Shown here piece after piece: positions 57,552 through 64,000 of a stretch of DNA of 64,000 nucleotides. Each line of letters begins with the position of its first letter. The stretch's first letter is position 1. This DNA comes from Fistulifera solaris (Eukaryota). The notes beneath the pieces are model-generated. The model was not told the origin of the DNA, did not search any database, and worked only from the letters and a program-made list of their open reading frames with translations. The translations under genes were made by a program, and so were the position numbers. The stretch is from contig AP026164.1 in the NCBI GenBank assembly GCA_030295235.1, positions 124,001 through 188,000 on the forward strand. Reading direction: 5' to 3'.

Positions 57552-59836
57552 ATGGCGAAGAAGACAAATCAAAAGAAGAAAAGGCCCCAAAGGCAAAAAG
57601 GCTCGAGCAAAGGCTAAGCTCGAGCGACAATGGGGAGAGCAGCCCTCGCAAGAGGCGGAATTGCGGAAGGGAAAGAGTAGGTTGTTGAAAGAGACTACGA
57701 AACAACCAGAACGAACGATTTCTCCACCTCCCCAGGAAGAACAACCGACGCGAGTTCGAGATTTTTCTGACGAAGAGGCAGAAAACGACGATGACGGGCG
57801 GAAGGCTTTTTTCTTCTTTGCTCGACACTATTCAACGGAAGACTGGCGTGATCGACCACGACAGTGATTCTGAGAATGAAGAAAACAACAGCATTCAAAG
57901 AGACATTACTACCATGAAAGACAAGATGGATTCCGACAGCGATAAGGAAGATGTCGATTTTCTCACGCTGTCATTTGACCCGTTTACGGAACGGTTTGGG
58001 CGAGCCGAATTGCCAGAGGTTAGCCACGAAAAGGTTAAATTCGACATGGCCCGCTATTGTCTACCGGTCGACCCTGATTTAGAAGTACAACATACCGAAA
58101 AACTTGACGATGATCTCATCGCCGGAACAATAAATTCGTCAATGAATGATTCATCATCGGATTCTGTTCATTGGAAATCGCTCGCATTTGCCTTTCAAAA
58201 GACTGTGAGAGACTCACTTCGGAAGCGTTGGGAGAAACTACATCCGGGTCGCATTACATTGGATCAACACCAAACGCTGCTTACTCCGTTCATGCTCTCC
58301 TATTCCGATGTTTTATGGATGACAGCAGATGCAAAGGAAGAACGTGATTCTACTGAGGCATTGGCGGCTTTGCATGCTGTGAACCACGTCATGACTAGCC
58401 GAATCCGAATATTGCGCCACAATAAACAAATCAAAGAGCTCGAGGAAGACGGGAGAGTCACTGCTGATGAGAAAGAAGATCTTTTTCGGGACCAAGGCTT
58501 CTCACGTCCTACTGTTCTCATTCTTTTGCCCACTCGTGGTTGTTGCTATTCCTTCTTAAAAAAACACTTGCTTCCGTTGTTAGGTGATAGTCCGTCTGTG
58601 GAAAAAATGGATCGTTTTGAAGCGGAATACGGAAAACCTGAGATAGAAGACGATGAAGAAGTGGATCTGGCTTCCAAGCGTCGTCGGCAAAGAATTCTGG
58701 CCGAGAAAGGATCCGATTGGCGAGAATTATTTGATGATGACATTAATTCTGACGACGACTTTCGATTAGCGTTGTCAATTAACCCTAAAGGCGGAAAACG
58801 TGGTGACTCGATATCGGACACTAGTACCACTGTCAAGCTGTTCACTGATTTTTTCCGAAGCGATATCATTATTGCTTCGCCACTCGGATTGAAGATGACG
58901 GCGGCTTCCGAATCTGGTGATTTCCAGGCGGACTACTTGTCGAGCATCGAAATTTGTCTGGTTTCCAGAGCTGATGTTTTGATGATGCAAAACTGGGATC
59001 ATGTAAATGATGTGCTTTCTCTCTTGAATGAACAGCCTAACGAAACAAACGAGACCGATTTTTCTCGCGTGCGACCATACTTTTTAGACGGCCATTCGGC
59101 TAAATACCGCCAAATTATTATGCTGGCTCCGTTCATGGATCCTTTCTTTGCTTCTTCCTTTAAAAGACATGCCACGAGTTGGAAGGGTCAAGTAAGATTC
59201 CGTCGACGAGTGGCAGCCGACGCGGCTAGTATCTCGAACGTACTATTGCCAACGCAACAGATATTTCAAAGGGTTTCCTGCTCATCGGCGGCAAATCAAA
59301 CCGAAGATCGTCTCAAGTATTTTGTGAACGTCGTATTACCTCAGATCAACAAGCCCAGCAACAAGCAGAAACACACTTTGATTTATGTGCCCTCCTATTT
59401 TGACTACATTGCACTTCGGAATGCCTTACTGAAACGGGAATTAGAGCCTTATTTTGTGAGCGTCACGGAGTATTCTCGAACTAGCGAAATAACACGAGGT
59501 CGTGCTCGTTTTCTCCAAGGACGTAAACCGTGGATGCTGTACACCGGTCGTGCAAACTTCTTTCTTCGTCACAAGATCAAGGGCGCACGACACATTATCT
59601 TCTATGGCATTCCAGAGCATCCTGAGTTTTATCCAGAACACGTCAATTTACTCAACGAGGGTTTGGAAGCATCAAAGATGTCGGAGGAGGATCCAAGCAT
59701 GGTTCAAAGCGTATCAGCGAGCTGTCTTGTGCTTTTCACCAAGTTTGAAGCTCATGCTTTGGAACGTGTAGTGGGGAGCGCTAATTGCAGCAAAATGGTC
59801 AAGGGAGAAAAAACCACTTTTCTCTTTTCGACGTGA
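57552..59836 (+). CDS. UTP25: U3 snoRNA-associated protein 25 (DEF/DIEXF); apparent frameshifts ~57580 and ~57810
   Basis: RDQGFSRPTVLILLPTR, DDDFRL, SDIIIASPLGL, DYLSSIE, MQNWDH, DFSRVR, IYVPSYFDY, LERVVG. Confidence 0.93.
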
Positions 59837-60487
59837 TGTGCTAATCGCATTTGCTACTTTAATATTTAGGAACATTTAGTCGCTTCAACGCTGTCGACTG
59901 TCGTATGTCGTATGTCTATTCCTGCTCCAATTACGGAGGACTTGCTTTTCGAAAACTAAAAGGACTTGAATGCTATTTGACAAAGATGTTAGTGGTCGAT
60001 GATTCTGAAGAGTGGTGCATCTTTGAAGAAGAGATTGTATCGTTGAGTTCTTGCTCACGGCGATGATCAAGGCCTTTCAATTTCTAGAAATAGAGACTCC
60101 GTATGGTAAACATTAGATTTAGTGATCGGTACAGGTACCAGCACTCGTGACTCTAATAGAAGCGACGAGTGTTATCGTTCCTCCTGTATGTGGTTCGCAT
60201 TGCGGTACTCAACACTCAACACATTTTAGTAGTAGTATGACACAAAATTTGAAAGACCGTTTTGTTTCTTAAGGGATGTGCGCGATCAATTGTCGTACCG
60301 TTGTCTTCCAGCCCTACGTAACGCCTCGTCCAGTTTCGTGAAAAAAGCATCTGGTGGTTTTCGCGTTATCATACTACGGTAGCAGCATGACGCTCAAGAT
60401 AAGCTTTCATCTTCGTACATGTGCTCTTTGTCATTCATTTGATCCTTTCGTGCACTGATAATAATCTCAAGGTTTTCCTTTCTTACA

Positions 60488-61682
60488 ATGGCAGCAAATA
60501 ACGCAGCAGGAGCCGGAGCTCGCCAAGCTGGCAACAACCAGATGAATGAACATGTTGAATTCTCTGTAAGTATCGCAAATCGCTGCAATGCCGGCTGGAG
60601 TTGAATGCTTATTCATCTAATTTCGTTTCAAGGTCAAAGCAGAAGAAGACTTGTATCTTTCGGGGACTGAAAATACGCTGCGTCGTGTAACAGCGGAAAC
60701 GAACTATTCTTGTTTAATGTTGAAGACGCAGCGCTTCTCTTCTCTCTTCCGTCACTACGCGAAATACCACGGTTTGCGTAAAGATGACCTGGAATACTAT
60801 TTCTGCAATATACTTGAGAATGAAGATACTCCAGAGTCGGTGCAATTGCAGCGAGGAGACACGATCATGGTGCGAAAACGTCGACCTCCTCCGATCCCTG
60901 AGGCTGCTGCGGATGACGAGGAGTTCTTCAAGGATATGAAAGAGTTGCTCGAGGACGAAGAGCACATGGACGTCTCATTCATTGTCGGTTCCTCGAGCAA
61001 ACCGTACAAATCAATTAAGAACGAGGATGCTGATGCTGTCATGGAGAATACGGAAGAAAACGAGGCAACCGAAGTCCGGGCTCACAAATGCATCCTTACC
61101 GCACGTGGAGAATACTTTAAAGCACTCTTTCGAACAAGACAGAAGTCAGAAGGAGGTGCTTTTCGAGAGTCAGAATCATCTATCGTGCAAGTAGAGTCTA
61201 TATTCACGGAAAATCACATTCGACACGTGCTTGAATTTGTCTACACCAATCGAATCAAGAACATTCAAAAGATTTCCACGGATGACATGCTTTCTATGCT
61301 ACACCTGGCTGATAAGTGGCTGCTTCGGGATTTGAAACGTCTTATCGAACACGAGCTCATCAACTCGCACATGACGGTGGATACGGTTGCTCGTTTGTAC
61401 GGTGCTACCGAAGACTTCAACGCCAAACGTCTCAGCAGGGCTTGCATTGAATTTATTATGACAAACTTGCGTCAATTGGCCGGAAACCCCACATTTGAAG
61501 ACGAAATGAAACAATACCCGCATTTGTGTATCCCGGTTCTCAAAGCTGCCGCTGAAATGATCCCCGACGGTCCTCTTCACAAGAAGCAGCGAACGTCCGA
61601 CAATCTTCACCACGGGCATGGAACCCCGAATAGTAGCGGCGACCCGGCGGGTTCTTCGCCGGTTCCTGATTCTGATACTTGA
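60488..61682 (+). CDS. SUMO-like (Rad60-SLD) domain + BTB/POZ(-BACK) protein; intron 60566-60632
   Basis: In-frame splice from ATG 60488; SUMO-like LFRHYAKYHGL..DTPESVQLQRGDTIMV; BTB DVSFIV..RAHKCILTARGEYFKALF..VLEFVYT..LHLADKWLLRDLK. Confidence 0.85.
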
Positions 61683-61803
61683 TAGCTTTCATAAGATTAT
61701 GATAAGTAGTCCATTGTTTTAGCGTTCTAGAAGTGGCGACCCGCAATCGTCTATAACATGAAGGAATCCATTTGAAACGGTGTTTGGTTCAAGGCTTATG
61801 TGT

Positions 61804-62895
61804 TTAAAATACTAGTGATAACTCTAAACGACTACTATCTACTCGTCTCGGGAAACACCCATTCCACCGGAGACACATCGTTCGGGGGAGGGGGTGCAGC
61901 CTTTTTCGCACCACAAGAGAGCCTTGTCGCTTTTGTTGCTCGATTGGTTTCATGGGTACTTCCAATGTGCTCCCGGCTGGGATATTGTGCAAGTGAAAGT
62001 CACCAAACCCCACTCGAATCAGTCGCGTGACAGTCACTGTTTACAAATGGGAGAGAGTGAAGCGAATGGAAACGGATGAGATAAAATGTTGAGAAACAGA
62101 AACAACGAAAATCGATCCCAACGTACATCCAAATTGTTCCAAAACCTTTCGCACTTGACGATTCTTTCCTTCCGAACAAGTAATCTCTAACCACGTATTC
62201 GCACTTTTTTCGTTTCGTTTTCTTCCACGAAGAGGTGCTGAAGCCAGCGCGACTTTCATGGGTCGATACAAGCCGTGATATTGGAGTTGTCGTTGCAAAT
62301 ACGGTATTGACACTCGTCCATGAACTCGTACACGATACGTTCGGTGCAAATTGGACATTTCCATTTCTCTCGCGTACATCCCATCGTTCGTGAGTATCAA
62401 TAACCCTTCTGTCATCATATCAAGTCGTCCGACGGCTTTGAAATGTTGTTTCGAACCCAACAATCGCTTCAATCGATGCATGACACAAGGACGACCCTGT
62501 GGATCCGAGTCGGCTACGAGTTCTCCGGCCATTTTGTGTACTAGTATCACGCGCGTGTTGTTGTTTGTCGTGTTGTTGTTGTCTCGCAGCAACACAGGTT
62601 TTCCGTGTGCTTGTAATTGACCCGGGGCGATTTCTTCGGTGATCAGCTGTTGCGGCAAGCGCACGACTTGTCCGAACAATGTCACGTCGCCTTGTACAAT
62701 CCATCTTTCGGCTTCACGGCGACTAACACCGGCGGCTTTTGACAACAGTTTGGAAAGTCGGATCGGCTCGGTTCGTTCGCTCGATGCACAGCGTATCATG
62801 GAAGGGCATCGTGTGAGAGGAGAAGAGATGATTCGTTTATTTGATTTGTTTGGTTGAGAAAGTAAAGTCCGCGTCAACTGAGACAACCAATTCAT
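61804..62895 (-). CDS. RsuA/RluB-family rRNA pseudouridine synthase with S4 domain (organellar); intron 62037-62126
   Basis: RLSKLLSKAAGVSRREAERWI (S4), VGRLDMMTEGLLILTNDG (catalytic D), EGKNRQVRK, VTRLIRVGFG. The true stop may be ~61835 if a frameshift is present. Confidence 0.9.
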
Positions 62896-63012
62896 TTTCA
62901 CATACAAGTAAGGAAAAGAATAGATGGATCGTAACAAAGGCAAAGTATGTTTAAGCGACGAACGTCGTCCTTTGTATTGTCAACCGACGAATACCTGGTA
63001 TCAATTCGCTTC

Positions 63013-63110
63013 GAAAAATGTGGGCATGTGCTTTTTTCACGTGTCCAGAAAATGTGGGCATGTGCTTTTTTCACGTCTCCAGAAAATGTGGGTATGCTGT
63101 GTTTTTGCGT
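63013..63110. repeat. 34-bp minisatellite (~3 copies), same family as 35414-35640 in opposite orientation
   Basis: Unit ccagaaaatgtgggcatgtgcttttttcacgtgt with cores at ~63011, 63045 and 63079; its reverse complement shares 28 identical bp (tgcccacattttctggacacgtgaaaaa) with 35607-35634. Confidence 0.9.
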
Positions 63111-63208
63111 GGACATCATTGTGGTAAAAAGCATAGCCACAACATTATATATAATTAACATCATCGTTTAGATTCATCTAGTCATCATCAAGATTGTATC
63201 ATTATGGC

Positions 63209-64000
63209 ATGTCAATGAGTGGATCATTCGACCGTTTTGCGGTACCTTTCTCCAAGGGAAAGGAAGAAAATGCCCTCGAGTGTCTTCTATCGGCCATGGC
63301 GGCGCATCGAATTACTCAACAATCCTCATTTCTTTATCAAGAAGAACTACTGATACATGAAATACAATCATCACTTGTTGATTTTACTATTACTTCAAAA
63401 GACTGTTTGCTCGATATGGAACTAATGACTGCCTTACAACACGCCGGTCAACACATTCTACCTTCCTTGACTCCATTCCAATTACATGCCACCGTTCAAC
63501 AAGCCATCGTTTGGGGAGAGTCGAGCGATAATTCTTCAAAAGATAAAGATGGTGGTACCGCGACAGTTTTTACTCTCATTAGTTTGATACTTTTCTGCCA
63601 TGCTCTTCAACAATGTCCCGAAACGATTGTCAAACGACGAGAACGATGGAGGAGTCTGCTGTGGGAGACACTCCATCTGTTTCAATTTCATTCCGGACGC
63701 CAGTCATCTCAAGGAGATCGATCGGTATTTCTGTTTCTGTATCTGTGGATCGATGTTCTCGCGCCGGTGTTGACGCGTGTTTACGATGCATTGGAGAACG
63801 GTATCGATCAAGCGAACTCAGATAATCAGCGAGAAGTACGATTTCGCGTCGCTTGGGTGGCTGCAATGGTTGCCACCACTTCTCACTTGTTATATCAATT
63901 CACTACGCGGCATATCTACCAAAATCAGGACACCGATCCGAATATTGCGACTATTACAGAAAAATTGCTCAATTTGATGCGAGAACACGTGATAGTGAAG
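63209..64000 (+). CDS. Hypothetical protein, truncated by the window end
   Basis: ATG 63209 (MSMSGSFDRFAVPF..) stays open for 264 codons to the window end; absent from the ORF track because it has no stop; helical, leucine-rich composition. Confidence 0.7.
   Translation, partial: MSMSGSFDRFAVPFSKGKEENALECLLSAMAAHRITQQSSFLYQEELLIHEIQSSLVDFTITSKDCLLDMELMTALQHAGQHILPSLTPFQLHATVQQAIVWGESSDNSSKDKDGGTATVFTLISLILFCHALQQCPETIVKRRERWRSLLWETLHLFQFHSGRQSSQGDRSVFLFLYLWIDVLAPVLTRVYDALENGIDQANSDNQREVRFRVAWVAAMVATTSHLLYQFTTRHIYQNQDTDPNIATITEKLLNLMREHVIVK

Noticed and set aside
3261..59836. Mass pseudogenisation or programmed ribosomal frameshifting
   Set aside because: The genes include essential ones, the indels go in both directions in homopolymers, and there is no common slippery site or stimulator; sequencing error is more parsimonious.
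1..64000. tRNA, rRNA, snRNA, telomeric repeats and intact transposase/RT genes; the many short antisense ORFs in the track
   Set aside because: No recognisable signatures by eye (tRNAscan/Infernal would be needed to exclude them); the short overlapping ORFs are shadows of the real genes.

Overview
Gene-dense eukaryotic nuclear DNA, very probably from a diatom: short GT-AG introns (~59-137 bp), signal peptide + 'A-F' (ASAFAP-type) plastid presequences and short intergenic gaps. About 27 protein genes are supported: STE24, PPR, C1GALT-like GT31, DnaJ, Ser/Thr kinase, double-length TyrRS, NIFK/Nop15-like RRM, RCL1, ATRX-like SNF2, PI synthase, FtsH-like AAA, SEN1-like helicase, UMP-CMP kinase, M11 metalloprotease, YchF, DUF819, DUF4505, long-chain acyl-CoA synthetase, UTP25, SUMO-like/BTB, RluB-like pseudouridine synthase and several unknowns. 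Many genes carry single-base frameshifts, mostly in homopolymers, best explained as unpolished long-read errors. I saw no tRNA, rRNA, CRISPR array or intact transposase. The most interesting signals are: (1) a dispersed intergenic family of phased minisatellites (33-34 bp CCCACATTTTCTGG units and a 49-53 bp unit built on the palindrome GGTCCAGAAwTTCTGGACC) at up to five loci; (2) a strongly over-represented, non-coding TA-CC(W)GG-TA motif that forms chains and resembles transposon excision footprints; (3) unusual domain fusions: UMP-CMP kinase + CaMKII-hub-like domain, SUMO-like + BTB, ATRX ADD + CW, SEN1 with an inserted WW domain, FtsH without a protease domain; (4) a tandem pair of single-pass membrane proteins sharing an unrecognised 6-Cys ectodomain next to an M11 protease; (5) a spliced 85-aa membrane microprotein only partly present in the ORF track. 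All family calls come from motif recognition by eye; no database search was run.
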